This document shows positions 12,401 through 27,200 of a stretch of DNA of 64,000 bases, one piece after another. The DNA is from Bugula neritina (taxonomy: Eukaryota; Animalia; Bryozoa): contig OZ037765.1 of the NCBI GenBank assembly GCA_964035545.1, positions 20,708,995 to 20,772,994 on the forward strand, written 5' to 3'. Below the pieces are notes generated by a model. The model made no database searches, was not told where the DNA came from, and worked only from the letters and a program-made list of their open reading frames with translations. How positions within the stretch are numbered: the stretch's first letter is position 1; each line of letters starts with the position of its first letter. A program made the position numbers and the translations under genes.

Positions 12401-14313
12401 CAAGACAAGTAAAGCCAAGTATGTCTATTTACTACATTAATAAATATACTACATATATTGTATTGAACTTGCCTTAGCCTTTGGAGTTGTGAACCCCAAT
12501 ACGTTAGTAGTGCTCTTTGGCATTAGACAAATTTTATTATCTATCTATTTCTAAATCTTGCAGAGAAAGTACCAAAACTGTGTACCCCACAACTGACCCA
12601 GAATATTCTAGAAAGTTTTCCAAATCGGAACCCATTAGTGCGATCTCCGTTGCTAAAATAGATACGGAGAAGGGTGGTATGGAGCCCCCTCCCATAGTTT
12701 ATCCTGCGCCGTCTAGTAGTGATGCTGCCACTACAGTTGTGGCACCTAGTCATGCCCCGAAAGAGGCCAACAGCAGGCCAACGTCAGGGTCACACAAGCA
12801 TACAGTAGATCATGACAGAAACTCTTCTCCTCAGGCCGAATCATTCACTCCTGTGGATGCAGAAGGTAAGCTTGTCTTCTGATGTCTTACTAGAGTCTTT
12901 TATGCAAATCATTTAGGATAATCAACAACATCTCAAAAGCACATTGTATGGTTACATTTACTACTTTTTTCATTTTGCTAATCCATTTTATTGCGATTGC
13001 AGTAATATGTATGTTATCTTTTTTGTTTAGATTTTGCATTTTCTATTGATGGTGGGTTACACAAGTGTATGGACGTTTTCATATTATATTTTCACTCTAT
13101 TCGTTAAGAAGTGTGGTGGTGTTTGAACTTTATATTTCCTGGCCAAAGTTTCTTTAGGATATAATTAAAGAAGTTTTTCCGCTCATTATTGATTATTATA
13201 AAACAAGCAACGTTTACTAATTTGAAAAAAAAATTAAGGAGAAAAGCTTGTAAAGTTTAGCAAGTAGAATAGAAACATCTTTGTATAATATTATAAATAA
13301 TTAATCTAATGACTTCACCATCTGTTGCATGCACCTTATATTGTATAAGTAAGTCTACAAAAACTGTATTTGCTTATATATGTATATTATATGTGCTCAT
13401 ATATGTATATTGTATGTGCTCATATATGTATATTATATGTGCTCATATATGTATATTGTATGTGCTCATATACTATAATGATGCAGACACTTTGCACCCT
13501 ATTTTATTATTTCTTATTATTTAGTGAGCTAACACCAGAGTCTCTTTCACACTTCTGGTATGTATATACGTTGTATTGTTTCATACTAATCCCTAATTGT
13601 CACAACTGAGCCGTAATATGTGTACCCATAGAGTTGTCCCTTGCTTGCTTCTGAAGTTTGTGCTTGTTTTATTGATGCTTTGTAAAATTGATATAATTTA
13701 AATCGATTTTTCTTTAAGCTGAGCTCTCTTTAATTGATTTTATAGTAAATACAATACTTAAGCTATGTTGCATTGTGTTGTGTTATTGCTTTCAGCTTTT
13801 TCTAACTAGCTAAAAATTCCAGAATGTCATATAATGAAATTATTGTTTTGTTATAGAGGATAAGTATGTTGATTAGCAGTAATAAACTTTTAAATAGGCT
13901 GTCTATTGAGATAAAAAAATTATTTTTTTAAATTGGTAATCTGAATTGTAAATGTGTATTTTGTTAATGATTTTATAACAATGTCTTAATTTCTTTTACT
14001 TGTATTGGGTATCTAAATTAGTTGATTGACAATATGCATACCTCATATTATAAATATAAATTACCAGTTTAGAGTTTGTTATGGTTTTAGTTCGATTACT
14101 TCGTTGTATAACTATTGTGTCTTTTCAGGTGGCTCTGATGACTTAGAACAAGAGTTACTGTTAGATAATGTTCCTCACAAGTTTAACATCCCAATAATAG
14201 CACTCCCAGATGGAGATGAGGAGGCTTTTGATAGCAAAGGAACCAGAATATGTGTTATACCACCAACACCTCTTCCGCCCAATTATGACCCATATGACGA
14301 CTATTACACATAA
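408..14313 (+). CDS. Gene A: MUC4/SUSD2/mesh-like type-I membrane protein (LDLa-NIDO-AMOP-vWD-EGF/cbEGF array-SEA-like-TM), 5'-partial, 26 coding exons in window
   Basis: Hand-spliced exons: 408-617, 1013-1248, 1725-1989, 2408-2592, 2841-2934, 3163-3360, 3586-3754, 3934-4123, 4472-4601, 4726-4869, 5015-5301, 5674-5842, 6061-6327, 6765-6985, 7149-7261, 7528-7677, 7766-7935, 8335-8451, 9041-9292, 9735-9857, 10088-10191, 10514-10629, 11644-11831, 12226-12418, 12564-12865, 14129-14313. Motifs: LDLa [23 protein letters not shown]; [33 protein letters not shown]; AMOP QLCCY/KCC; v[17 protein letters not shown]; cbEGF DIDEC..CIN; [26 protein letters not shown]; stop TAA 14311-14313. The first exon begins at a phase-1 acceptor, so the start lies upstream of the window. 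Confidence 0.9.
2145..2312 (+). repeat. Intronic repeat, inverted partner of 5400-5545
   Basis: ATTATAGCATTGTTGCTATACAAGCTTTC..CAGTTAAATAGCT and TAACATGTTCTGTGCACAA..TCATAATCCTACA occur reverse-complemented at 5400-5545. Confidence 0.8.
5400..5545 (-). repeat. Intronic repeat, inverted partner of 2145-2312
   Basis: Reverse complement matches 2145-2312 apart from one internal indel. Confidence 0.8.
6429..6606. repeat. Diverged intronic tandem duplication (~120-bp period)
   Basis: CTGTGTAT..TATTCTA..ATAGCAGTA..ATGGCTTAAAATTCTA at ~6429 and ~6550. Confidence 0.6.
12041..12088. repeat. 15-bp tandem repeat x3
   Basis: TAGTGAGTGAGTAGA. Confidence 0.8.
13374..13471. repeat. 23-bp minisatellite, about 4 copies
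   Basis: ATGTATATT(A/G)TATGTGCTCATAT tandem copies in the last intron of gene A. Confidence 0.85.
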
Positions 14314-15559
14314 TATTACATTGTTGAAATACAAATAATATCTAATATGAAATATAGTGATAATAATGAAAATAATGATGGCATATAATAATATAAATAT
14401 TATTTCCGTCCAAAACAGTGTCTAGCAAATACTATGCTATTTATTTTATGCAGCTTGAATCTTAAATTGTTGATGACAGTTTTGAAACAGATTTTTGTAG
14501 AAAATCTATTTTTTTAATACATTTTATATCTTTTTTATACATAATTCAACAAAATGTGTTACAACCTTCTATTAAAAAGCAAACAATACAGTGTTTTTAC
14601 TTTCTAGTATCAGTTTCTTCTTTGTGTTGAACTACAATACTTCAGAAGATATTAGTCTTACTGTTGATAATAGTTGAAAAGTACTGTTTTGACATAAATT
14701 GTGCTTAAACCTAACTCTACTATGAAGTTCTCAATCATTGAACATTTACGTGTCAGTAGTAAAAGAAAACCAACTGGCATTTAACTCTTAAATTATTAGT
14801 TTGTAAAGATAATATACCGTGCAATTACATTAAGAAGAATACATAAAATTCAGTTTTCATCTCTGCTTCTTACGTGTTGCTGTATAAATTTTCACGTCAT
14901 AAATAAATACTACATATCAACATTTCTCTAGATTGATGTCAGTAAACCCTGCTAACTGTTGGTCACTAACCTAGTACAAAGATTTAGTTAAAGAAAAGAT
15001 ACTGTATTTTAATGACTTTTAGAGAATGAATTTAATCTATAATCATAACTGGTGCTATGATAATTTGCACAGGCTTACATGAGAAGAAACACTTAGAAAT
15101 CTCAGTGGCATAGTCTCATTGTTGGTGCAGTTAAACTAAACTGCTGAAAAATGTAAATAAGAAAGTATGACGGAATAAATCTTCATAAAATGTGATGTAG
15201 CCATTGCTAAAATGACAATTGACCATATTTATTGTACCTATAGCATAAGACAAGTAATTAAGTTGTTCCATTAGTGTGTTGATACAAATATTTTTACTAT
15301 GAGCATTGCATCTTTTTCAAAATTTCTTTCTACGATTCACTGCACGTGCTAATGTCAAGTGGTCTAAGATAAATATACATACACCAAACCATACATATAT
15401 GTATATATGTATGGATATGTGTGTATGTATTTTAAGTCTTTTAGGTATATAGGCCTACATATATAGAGTGCCTAATGAAGATTAAATAATAAATAAAGAG
15501 CATGATTAATGAGGGTATAAGAGCAAATTATAGACCTATGATCAGAGCTTTTTGGGAGT

Positions 15560-15601
15560 ATGTATATATATACATACATACATACATATACGTACATATA
15601 C

Positions 15602-15693
<92 letters not shown>

Positions 15694-15708
15694 GTATATA
15701 TATACGTG

Positions 15709-15745
<37 letters not shown>
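15560..15745. repeat. (TA)n microsatellite
   Basis: Direct observation. Confidence 0.95.
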
Positions 15746-15748
<3 letters not shown>

Positions 15749-16131
15749 TTATGCGCATATGCACGTACATATTAACACACTATTTATACATTGTAGGCCT
15801 ATAAGTAAAAAGGTTCTTTTATTATAAAACATATTTGCAAATTTTTTAGTTTGAAAAGTTTTTGAAAATTATTTGTCTCAAATAATCCTGTTATAATTTG
15901 AGGAGTCAATCTATTTTATGCTATATTTAATGTTTTCTGTGTAAATTATTTATCTGGTGGAGGGAAGGAATTCATATAGATCTTACTGAATATTACATAA
16001 GAGTTGTTAGTTTCTGCTGACTGACAAAAGCAATTCTAGCTATTTAAGTAGATTTTTCTCAGTGAGAAGTAATCCCTTAGAATCACTTACAAAATTAGAA
16101 TTCAATTAGAACTATTATATATCCACTAGTC

Positions 16132-17880
16132 AAATAGGGCAATATGTAGGTTAGATACACATGCATTGTCATGTATGCAATATAACCAGGCCGAAAAACA
16201 TGTAGTCAGCAATTGCTTGCTTTAACCCTCTGTTTATTATGGATACTATGCCTGTGTAAATGTTTATAATGTATTTTATTCCAATTTTCAAATTCAATAT
16301 CATTGATGTTATGTAAAAAGCAAGTATTTGTCAAATATTTTATTGATAGGTGCCAAGCGTTTAAATTTAGAGCTAAATCTTGCAGCATCACTTGGGCTGA
16401 AATTATCGACCCACTTAAGAGCTAAAAAGCTGTCAAGCTAGTTTCTGAAAAGCTACACGTTAGATTTGAAGTTAGAGAAAAACACACCCTACGCACTTGA
16501 CTAGCAGAGCGTTTCAAAGTTAATGGTAAATTTTAATGCTCTAAGGCCTAGTTTCTTTTTTTAGCGTTTTCTTTAAAGCACAAAAACACAAATATTTCTG
16601 TCAAGCATAGCATACATATCTTTACTTATAAAAAAACTTAAACTTGCAGCAGTTATATAGTAAATTGAGAAAAAGTAAGTTGAGAATCTGCGGTATCTCT
16701 GCTTGATTGCTCTATAGATATATGCTTTGAATCTTGTTATATATAACAAAAAGAAATAGGCTGTTTAAGGAGTGAAATAAATTTTAGTACTTACAATTCA
16801 TATAGCTATCATTTACTTCAGTAATTTTTGCATTTGTTTATGCTTTTATAGTATATAAGTAGCATAAGACTAATTACTTAACAACTTTTTACTCAATTTT
16901 TCAATAATCGTACAAATAAAATTGCACATGCATAATTATTTACGTTTTAAAATGTTTTGGTGCATTTCCACCAAAAGCTGCAAATTTAATTTTAAAAAAA
17001 CTTTGAATTTTTAAAATGATTCATCTTGACAATTTTTATAGTTTGATGAAAGCTTTTCATATTATGAAATGCTTTGTTTTGCTGTGAATTTCAATTGTTG
17101 CACTAGCTATTTTCAGTGATGCACATTGGAAATACTTTTTACACTTTCAAATCACCTGTAAGATTTTGAATCATTTCAAATAATTCAGTTTAAATTTGTT
17201 GGAAGTGATTTTTTAAAAGTGATGGAATTTTTTATCAAAACTGGATGAATTATTTTAGAGCACTGGCCTAGTATGCACTAAATTATAGATTCAAATCAGA
17301 TCAGGGCCAGGGGTGATGTCATGAAAAACATTCAATCATGCCACAACATACCAGTCCTTGGTTCGCATAAAAAACCTTTGCTAACAGGCTTCTCATTAAG
17401 AGATCTAATTTTTGGATAAGTAAAGGTATTAAATTATGTGCTTTATTACACAACCAGTTTGAAATAATTATGCCAAGGGCCTAAGTATGTAAATATTTGC
17501 AGAAAGAGTTTAACCCATTTGCTTTAGCTCTTGTACCAACAAGTTTATTTGTTTGGTTTCGAAGACAACATTCAACTGCTAGAATTGTTTTAAATATTGG
17601 TTTTTTTTTCGTATAGTCTGATCTAATTTTAAAAAGATTGATAATGTAAATTAAGAGCAATTACATGTATGCCCAAATATTAGTCCCAATTTTTACTTCT
17701 GGAGATTTCAAATAAACTGGCCTGTAGATCAATTAATGTATTCAATATGTGTAAAGATGGTATCTACTGTTTGAGTAATTCAAGAGTAATCAACAGAAAA
17801 CTCTTACAACATGCTGTAAATAGAGCAATAGGCTTATATGTAGGTTAGATGCATCTGCATTGTCATGTATACAATATAAC
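16132..17880. repeat. Pair of ~55-bp direct repeats 1.7 kb apart in the A-B intergenic region
   Basis: AATAG(G/A)GCAATA..TATGTAGGTTAGAT..TGCATTGTCATGTAT(G/A)CAATATAAC at 16132-16187 and 17818-17880. Confidence 0.6.
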
Positions 17881-18298
17881 ATTAATAATCATAAATAATA
17901 TCTCATAAGCTTTACTTTACTTACTATTTGTCTAGTGATATTTATATTAATGATTACATAAATGTATTGAAACCTAATACTCAAATTACCTTTTTTGATG
18001 GGTGTGTTAAACTTTTATATTTATGTTAAATTTATGTAATTGGTACCCCAGTCACAGTAATAACCTACCCAGCTGCGCTATTCCAATATATTTATGTATT
18101 TATGACGTTTTATTTGTTTATATTCTACTTTGTATCTAAGCAGCTATACCAAGAATCAATAAACAGTCATTACATTGTGAAATCAACACTGCAGCTTGAT
18201 CTTGTAAACTGCCAGCCCTTGCATATTGCAGTTAGGAGTGAAGGAAGGAAGATACCAGAATAGCAGTAAAGACCCAGTAACACAACTGTCTTTAAAGT

Positions 18299-21200
18299 AT
18301 GGTCTACACTCGACTGGTTTTGCTGCTGATTATTTCTGCCAACATACAGACCGTTCTTTCTCGTGAGTATAACTAAATTTAATTTTTAAAAGCCAGCTTT
18401 TATATATTACTTTCATATAAAGATAAATTAGTCTGCTGTAAATGTTATTATAGATTCACATTTTAATAAAGCACAAACTAAATAATTTTTGATTTGTGAT
18501 TTTTATTTTAAACATTTTAAAGTGAACTAAACTTAAAAAGCAGCAAACCAGAGAGTGGGTCTCTAATAATATACACTGTACATTGACACAAAATTTATAA
18601 GTGATTGCGCAATTAATCTTAAAAGTTAGGAATCTCAGAATAAATGTTTCTACATCAAAATACTTTCAGCATTCAACTCTAGAAATTTTGATTTCATTTA
18701 GATTTTATTTTTGTTTTAGAGGATGGCAGCAGTACCCCAAGGGAGTCAGGTAAAGTATTTACAAATAGTAGAAACTCCTGATAGTCAATAGTAATAAAGT
18801 AGGTTTAGTGTAGCCTAACATTTTTACCACTTCAAATGTTTTTATACACATTTTGAACAGTTCGAAGGTTTTCAGTGTACAGCAAAGTAAAAGTGTGTGA
18901 CATGCCATAGACTTTAGAGCTATAAGTTGCCTATAAATCAAGTTGTTGGCATGGTTTAGATATTTGAGTAAAAATAGTTATATAATAATAATATACGGAC
19001 TCCCACTATTTCATTCTTTCTGTATATTATACTTGCAGTGTATATTCTAGTTCATAATACATTTTGTTATGTACTATAATGCGTTGCAATTTATTTTACA
19101 ATACATCATATTATTTATTATAATATGTTGCAATATTGTATTATCATACATCTTATTATGTAGTATAATAGATATTTCTATCTCTTAAAATACTTGCCAC
19201 AGTTTGTCAAAACATATAAATATTGAGTTTTAATAATAGATGTACATTCTATGTAATATAATGCTTATAACAACGTAGTACCATATTATGCATTACAAAA
19301 TTTTATAAACATATTGTTCATAGAATATATTTGGCTTAAGTGTGAGGTTTGCAATCTTTGAATAAATAACTAGCAAAAGTGTTTTTCTAAAGAAAAGGAA
19401 CTCTACTGGTTTCTGCACATATTATAGTCATAACAAATACTTTTTTAAAAAGTTTCAAGTAACTTTTTAGACTTTACCTTGGATTAAATGTTACATGTAA
19501 CATATATATGCTGACATGTAGGTACATGACATATGCTTCTAGAACTCACTGTGTTGTGCTTTTAATTGTAGATGACTCAACAGGCTCTACCGATGAACCA
19601 GGTAATGGCACATAACTTGTTTCTAACCTTGGAACTAGTAGCAGCTAGTAGGCTTATGATATTGCTTTTATAGCAGTTTACCAATATATCATAAACTCAT
19701 GAAATTTATTCTTTTTAAAATTTATCTTGAGATAGCTTGAACTCACCTTAATTATAATACTGTTTTTAATATTTTTATAATATTTGATATTATCAATTAT
19801 AAATTGTTTTATAAAGTATTTGGTACTTCGAGTGTTTGACTGTTGAAAACCAAAAAGAGTCATTGAAACAATTAATCTTCCTGCGAGTAATTAAATCTTC
19901 AAAGTAGGAAATTAAGTAAAGGTGATATTGTTGATTTTGTTTAAATGCATATAAAGTATCAGCAAATACTTTGTTTAAAACTTTATTTAAGCAGATATTA
20001 AGTTTTCAACTTGGATATACATTTCATATACTTACAATAATATGTGTGTTTATTTATTTTACAGATGAGCGAGTTACAGCTGGTACTACAGAGACCTACA
20101 CAGGAGTTGCAGGTAACTGTTAAACTTGAAATATAATTTTCTATATTCTAATTACACATGAGTTATGCTTGCTATTTGTTACATCATATCAAAATTCTAA
20201 AGCTATAAGCAGCAATGTAACACAGATAGCTATTTTTGTGTATCGCTATTTTCAATCTGCAATGACTTGGTTTTGACATTTCTTGTCCCTCAACAACTTA
20301 ACATTATTAGATTGTCAACAGAGCAAATTAAACTATATAATGTATACACATAATAGAAACTAGCACTATATTTTGTTAATGTACAATTCGTAGACTTTGA
20401 TCTTCTGAGCGCTGGAAACCTGTATCCTGCGGGCTCTACTAACCTTTTGGACAGCTACTCCAACTCTGATGTCCGGTTCTCTAAGATCTGTGCTACCTAC
20501 AAGCGCTATGTTGAGCCTCTGCCATACTTCAATCTGGATCAGCCACGCCATCTGTCTGTAAGCACTAGCTTTGCATAGGCCTATCTAAGTCAGCAAATTA
20601 CATAACTATAATATGTGAATAAGAGTGTAAGCAAGTATTATTTGAATTTTAGGTTTTTACTACAACTTTAGTTATGTATGTAAAATTGTATCAAAGAATA
20701 GTTTTGACAATTTAATGGAAATCAGCTCTATAGTGATATGTTATTTAAAATTAGGGAGCTGCCTTTGCTATTGTAATTATACTAGCTATGAATGATGCTA
20801 ACAAAATAATGTATTGTGCAGCTATATGCTATGAATGTAAATCATTTTTATAGTCTTTATAAGATTTTTATCAAATGAAATAATTTCTTTAAAGGTGTGT
20901 AATAATGGAATGATGATTTTTGCTAATCAACCATTGGTTGAAAACCATCCACGGTTACTAAACACAGTTCCAGCCTTCAAAACCAAAGGCATTATGGCAC
21001 CGTTTTGGGGAAAGTCTAACGAAGCTACCATGTCTCAGCATTCTGATGCAAACAAGCGGACTCAGATCCTCGTAAATGACATAGAACGTGCTGCCATGTC
21101 GGACGATGTTCTTGAACTGGCCAAGCAAGATGCGGCAGAAGCAGGTAAGCCTACTGAAGAACTATTAAAATTATTATTTAAAAAATTATAAACTCAAACA

Positions 21201-24200
21201 ACAAACCACTATAATATAAAACTTGTATAAAATTAAATAATTTAACAAACTATCAATGTTATAATTTATACTCGGGTTAAAAAATTTAAGCATGAAATTA
21301 CATAATATTACGATGTTTTTGTTTGTAAGTAAGTTTGATTTTTTCATTAACTGCTAACACATATATATATATAAATTAGTCTTGGCTATATTATAGCCTT
21401 TTGTAATTTATTGTAGCCATTAATTGCTTAGTTATAAGATTAGAATATACTTTTATATATTTAATTTGTCAACTTTTTATAAATCAGCTTTAAATGATTT
21501 TCTAACAAGAGATATGAAACATGCATCACCATGCTCAATGTTTGAATGAAATTTTATAAAAAAAGATTAAAAAATGGTATCCTGCACAACATATTATGTA
21601 GACCTAGCACAAAGTCTTGTAGAAGAAATGAGGATGACACGAGTTGTACATGTGACATTATGCATGATAAAAGTTGTTATCATACCACCAGGTTAACTTC
21701 AACAGAACAGAGTTAATAATAAGCACACATTTCTTTAAATCTGTTGTCTTTTGACCAATTCAGGTGGTAATGAAGATTTTGTTCCAAAATGGATGCTAGT
21801 GGCCACCTGGGTAAGACTACCATACGATGATTTACAATGCCGAGAGAAATCTCTGAGTCATTTCAAGAACCCAACTGCCGAGTCTGAGGTCGAACATCAA
21901 GATTGTGTGGAGCTTTATGAAAACCTGCCGGTATTTCTCATAGCTATTCATATCTATATATAATTTATAATACATAATTGGTATTTATAGCTGTAGTTGT
22001 GAACATGTGACTATAGATTTGTTAGTTTTTAATTTTCAGAGAACTTTTGGCTACTTTGAAGAAGTGTTACAATATTGATCTTAGAAGTTTTGTTTATTAT
22101 TGCAGACAAACACTTTTCAAGCAGTGTATATGACTGATGGAAGCTACGCCTATGTTAAGTTTATTTACCCTGAAGGAGGCATTTCGTGGGTGTACCCGGG
22201 TAACTTCTCGCTAAAATAATTATATAACATCGTAAAAGATGATGTCAAGAAAATTTACCAGATTTTATTTTACGTGCGTTGTACTTGTAGCGAAATTGAT
22301 TAGTTGATCTTGTATTTTCAGGTATTGCTTATAGCAACATTGACAGTTGGCAATCCTACTTGAGCAGTTTCAATGGCGATCTGGATGATTTTGCTGTTGG
22401 AGGATTGATTTCAGGAGATGACGATGAAGTTAACGAATTAACTGAAGTCATCAGTTTATCCAACAGTGGCAGCTTTCATTTCTTGACTGTTGACGAAGCT
22501 CCTGGAAATTATGAAGGTAAAAGTGAAACCTTTTGCATTACTAGAATATTATGAACTTTAGCATTGATTAGCTTAAAACAAGATGTTATATAATCAAAGT
22601 TATACAGGAAAGCGTGAGGTGATTTTAAATAAATGAATAATCTAGTAGAACAATAACTGAATGCTTACAAAATAGTATGTTGACTCGGTAGAATATATTT
22701 TGATCTACGCAGGCTCTGAAATTAATTATTTTAAGTAATTTATTTTTTATTGATTTTGGCAAACAGTTTCCATTTAGATTTTGTCTAGAAGACGTTGACC
22801 AAAACATAAAAAGAAGTTTTCAATAAAAGTTTTAGCAGAACTTAATTGCACTTCGAAATATTGCAAAGATAATATATATATGTATCATTTTAGATGAAAG
22901 AATAGGTGAATACGTATACCGTGTGGATTTGTTTGATGGTACAGTAACTGCCGAGACTCAATGTGATAACTGGGTGAACGAACAAGATCTTTCACTAGTT
23001 GAGCTTTTCAATGCACTGAACCCCTGCCCAACAAATGTGCGCAGTGCATCAAGAGACTGGAGGTGACAGAAATATGAAATTTGTAAAATTATACTTTTAG
23101 CATACTATCGTAGCTTAAAGCCCAAAACATTCTTATCGCATAGTGTTGAGTTTCCTCAGTAGCCCTTATAAGGTAATGAGTAGCACCCTAGCTTGCAAGT
23201 TGCCAGATGTGGAGTTTAATTTCTGATGGCGGCAGAAGCTTTTACACATTCATCGTTTTTTAACAATTGGGTTTTACGTACTTAATATAAGAGTTTGATA
23301 AGTTAATTAAAATTTATTTGTCAACAAAAAGTGAAAGTGCTATACAAAAGTGTTCATTTCTTTATTTATCGCTGTGTGGTACCCAGTTTATGGCTTTTCT
23401 AGTTGTTATAGTGTTAATAACTTGATGAGAACCTTCCAGCTATGCTAGGAGTTTTATCTTGAATCAAATTCTGTGGAACTAGCCATCAACACTAGATAAA
23501 GTTGAAATTTTCTTAAATTATAGATTTGTATGGGCCTCAACTCAACCAGACTGCTATGAAAGTAGAATTTCCAGAGCTGGTTTCAAGCAGAGATGCTGTT
23601 ATAGCACAAAACAAGAAAGCTTGGGCTCACTAATAAAAGTTTTGCCAGATGCTGGTTTTGTAAAATATGAGGTAAGTATAGGCTACAAAGCCAAATGTTT
23701 TAAACTTCATTTTTGTGAACTGCCTTTACACATGTATTGAAAAGAATCCCAGCTGCATATGCACATGTACCTCTGTCAGTAAACTAACTAAAGCTACATA
23801 TTTTATAGCACAATCAAGTTTCTAAATGTTATGATATATTTGATTACCCAAATTGCAAATCTTTGATGTTTTAGTCTGCTGATAATGATGACGACGCTGG
23901 CTATAAATTGTGTTGTACTGGCTCAGTTCAGCTGTGCAAGTTGTTCCACATAGCGAGACCTATAAACACTGGAGAAGGATATCTTCCTATAGCAACTGGT
24001 CAGCATTTGCTCACCATAATCACTGCATGAAATTTACTCCAGAAACAGTTAATATCTAAAAAAGAATCTAATTTATATAGCATTGTTTGAAATTTTTCTC
24101 TAGGTCACTTGAAAGAAATTGTTTTGTAGGACCGGCATTTGGTGACCCTCACTTTTTAACCTCTGATGGTGTTAAGTACACATTCAACGGCCTTGGAGAA

Positions 24201-27200
24201 TATCTATTTACCAAGATCGGTTCGGACAGCCAAATACAAGTTAGAACTGAAAGAGTTGCTAGCAGCAATGGGGGTATGAAAACAGTCTTACAGGAAATTA
24301 CAAATAAATCTTTTCAACCTTCGATGAAGCTTAATTTAATAATGCTATCACATTTTAAATCAGAAATTTTAAAAGCAACAACTGATTTCTTTTGTTTAGA
24401 TTGACATTGTTTAAACTAATCAACAGTATATCATTATGTGCAAATTGCTACTAAACTATTGTACCACTACTTTAAGTTTGGTTGATATTTTGATTTTTGT
24501 TGTTAAAGAGTTGCAACTACTTTTCATAGAAATAAGCCATGTGTTGCAGAAGAGAGTGATGCAACCTACTTCAGTGCCATATGCGTGAGCATCTCAGGGC
24601 GACCCAGAGTTCAAGTTCAGGTCAACAAAACAGCTGCTGCCAATACTGTGGGTGTAGAAAATCAACTGCAACTAATTGTTAACGGAATTGAAGAAGACAT
24701 TGGGTTGTTAACTGAAAGTACCGACACTACTGAGAGCATTGACGGAGTAGATAGCACAATACAGTTTCAGAGAACACCAGATGACAGCCTAATAGTGTAC
24801 TGGGAAGAAGGCGTCTCTGTCACTGTATGGACATCTCAGGTATTTCAATCAGATATAAATTTGTAGGACGACTTGCATTTAAATACTAGTGGCTTATACA
24901 CTTTGCTGACTACACCACACACACTATATACACATGATGCAGACACACACGCACACACACACGCACACGCACGCACACACACCCACTACTCTGCACACAC
25001 TATATACCCTTTATGTATACTTTATGTAAAGTAATTATACAATATACACTACTTTTTCAATAATTGAGAGAATGTTTAGCTTGAAACTATTTTGCTATTT
25101 TATCTTTTAGCAAATGATGGCTTTGACACTAGGGCTGTCAAGCAGTTTGATTGGAGAAACTATTGGTCTAACTGGGGTGTATGATAGAAATGTCAGCAAT
25201 GAGTTTACATTCTTGAATGGAACCATCTCAGAATTGACTACCAATTCGTCTGACAAAGACATATTTGATTGGGCAAGCACATGTAAGTTAGAAAAGCTGT
25301 TTTATTCTAAGTTAAATTTCAGGTGTAAACTGTCATTCTATATTTACAATGTACATGGCTTACTTTAAATATAAATAAGACTATATATTGTGCTAATTAA
25401 TGGTAATTGGAAGCATAAATTGAAGCATATAATCTCTATATTATTGGCCAAACGTTGAAAGTTTATGATTATTTCAAAAAGTAATTCAGTTTTGAAAAAC
25501 TATTAAGAATTGTTTAATTTGAATGCAAACTACTATTTATAAATCATGAATATCAAAATTTTTTATTATACGTCTTGGATAATTGTAAATTAATGGTAAT
25601 AATAATTCTAACAATATAAATAATTCAAGTTCGATTCAGCATATGAGACATATGCAAAATATTTATGTCACTATATTTGATTTGGTCATTTATAAACAAT
25701 ATTATGCAAAGTGCCTTGTTTCGTAACAATTGAAGCAAATAACATAACTTTTCTGGTTTGCATTAAACTGAGATTTTGATAGAAGCTTTCAGCTACAACA
25801 TCTAACAGTTGAGTATTGATTATATTTATAATTTTATGCAGTTGCTGTATCTGAAGAGGATTCTATCATGTATTATACTGAAGATGGAACTGACTGGTCA
25901 ACTTATAATAATAATTCATTTGTACCCGTGTTTACTGATGACATCGATAGCTGGGTGTGGCCTTCAACAGACCTTAAAAATCAAGCTTTTGAAGCATGTG
26001 GAAACAACTCAGCTTGTTTATACGACATTTATATTACTGGAGACGTTGATGCTGGTACTTCTGCAAAACAAATTGAAGAAGAAAGTGAAGAGACAAACAG
26101 AATACTGAGTAAGGAAATCTATACCTGAAATGTACTTTCAAAAAATTATCTTAAATAAATGAATAATTTTTCTTGTATTTTTCTTTTATATGCTTGTATT
26201 TTTCACTACCTAGTCGTAGTGTGGTGATGTACAAATAGCCCCTGTAATGTGTAATGGTTAGCGTGTCAGGTTGAAAGTTAGAGTCCTTGGACTCGAATCC
26301 TGAATTAAGAGGAAAAAATTATTATATTCTAAAATGTTGGTAGATAACTTCTCACCTGTCATATCTGGACAAAGTGCAACCATGGCAAATGTAGGAGAGA
26401 CTGTCACTCTAGCGTTCAGTATAACAGATCCAAATAATGATGAAATAAAAGTTTCTACAAATTTAGACACAGCCGTAATAACTAATGTAGAAGATCTCTA
26501 TCTTTTTGAATTCACCATGCCAGACACAACAGCTTTCACTTTCACTATAATTGCTGAGGTATGCATTATCAAACTCAGTTTCAACCATTGAACAAATATC
26601 GAACTTAATTTTGTTTGTCAATCCTAGGCTTACCAATACCAGTTCAGATATTTAGATAAACGTTCAAATACCCTCTTTAAACTCCTAGCAGTTTAAATTT
26701 TATGTAAAATTACCGAATTTAGGATACAGATGGAGCTGTAGCTACTGAAACACCAACTCTTATGATTTGCCAATGCGTGAACAATGCAACTTGTGAAGAA
26801 TTATCAGAGATAGAGCTGGACTTAGTTCAAACTAGGTGAGCCTATTGTTGTTGTGTTGAACTTTCTATCTCAATATCTAAGATCTAAATGAATGGACTGA
26901 ATGAACAACTAAACTACTTCAAGCTACTCCAAAGACTGTTGAGCTATTGAACTTGCATGAAATATTGTCTTGTTTATTTACAACTTGTCAGAAAATAGAT
27001 ATGGCTGCTATTGCAGCAATAGCAAAATAAAGCAAGGAAAAGACCATTATGTATCAGAGTTGAGGTCAATTACATGTGAATGTGATTAATTACAATTACA
27101 ATTACATGGTAATGTAATTAATTACAATAACAATTACTTTTGTTTTCACAAGAGAAAAATAGAAGTTATATAATCTCACTGCTGGGGTCCAACTACCATG

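Noticed and set aside
15472-15804. YI-repeat ORFs (also at 13.3, 45.7, 49.5 and 63.6 kb)
   Set aside because: Translations of TA/TATG micro- and minisatellites
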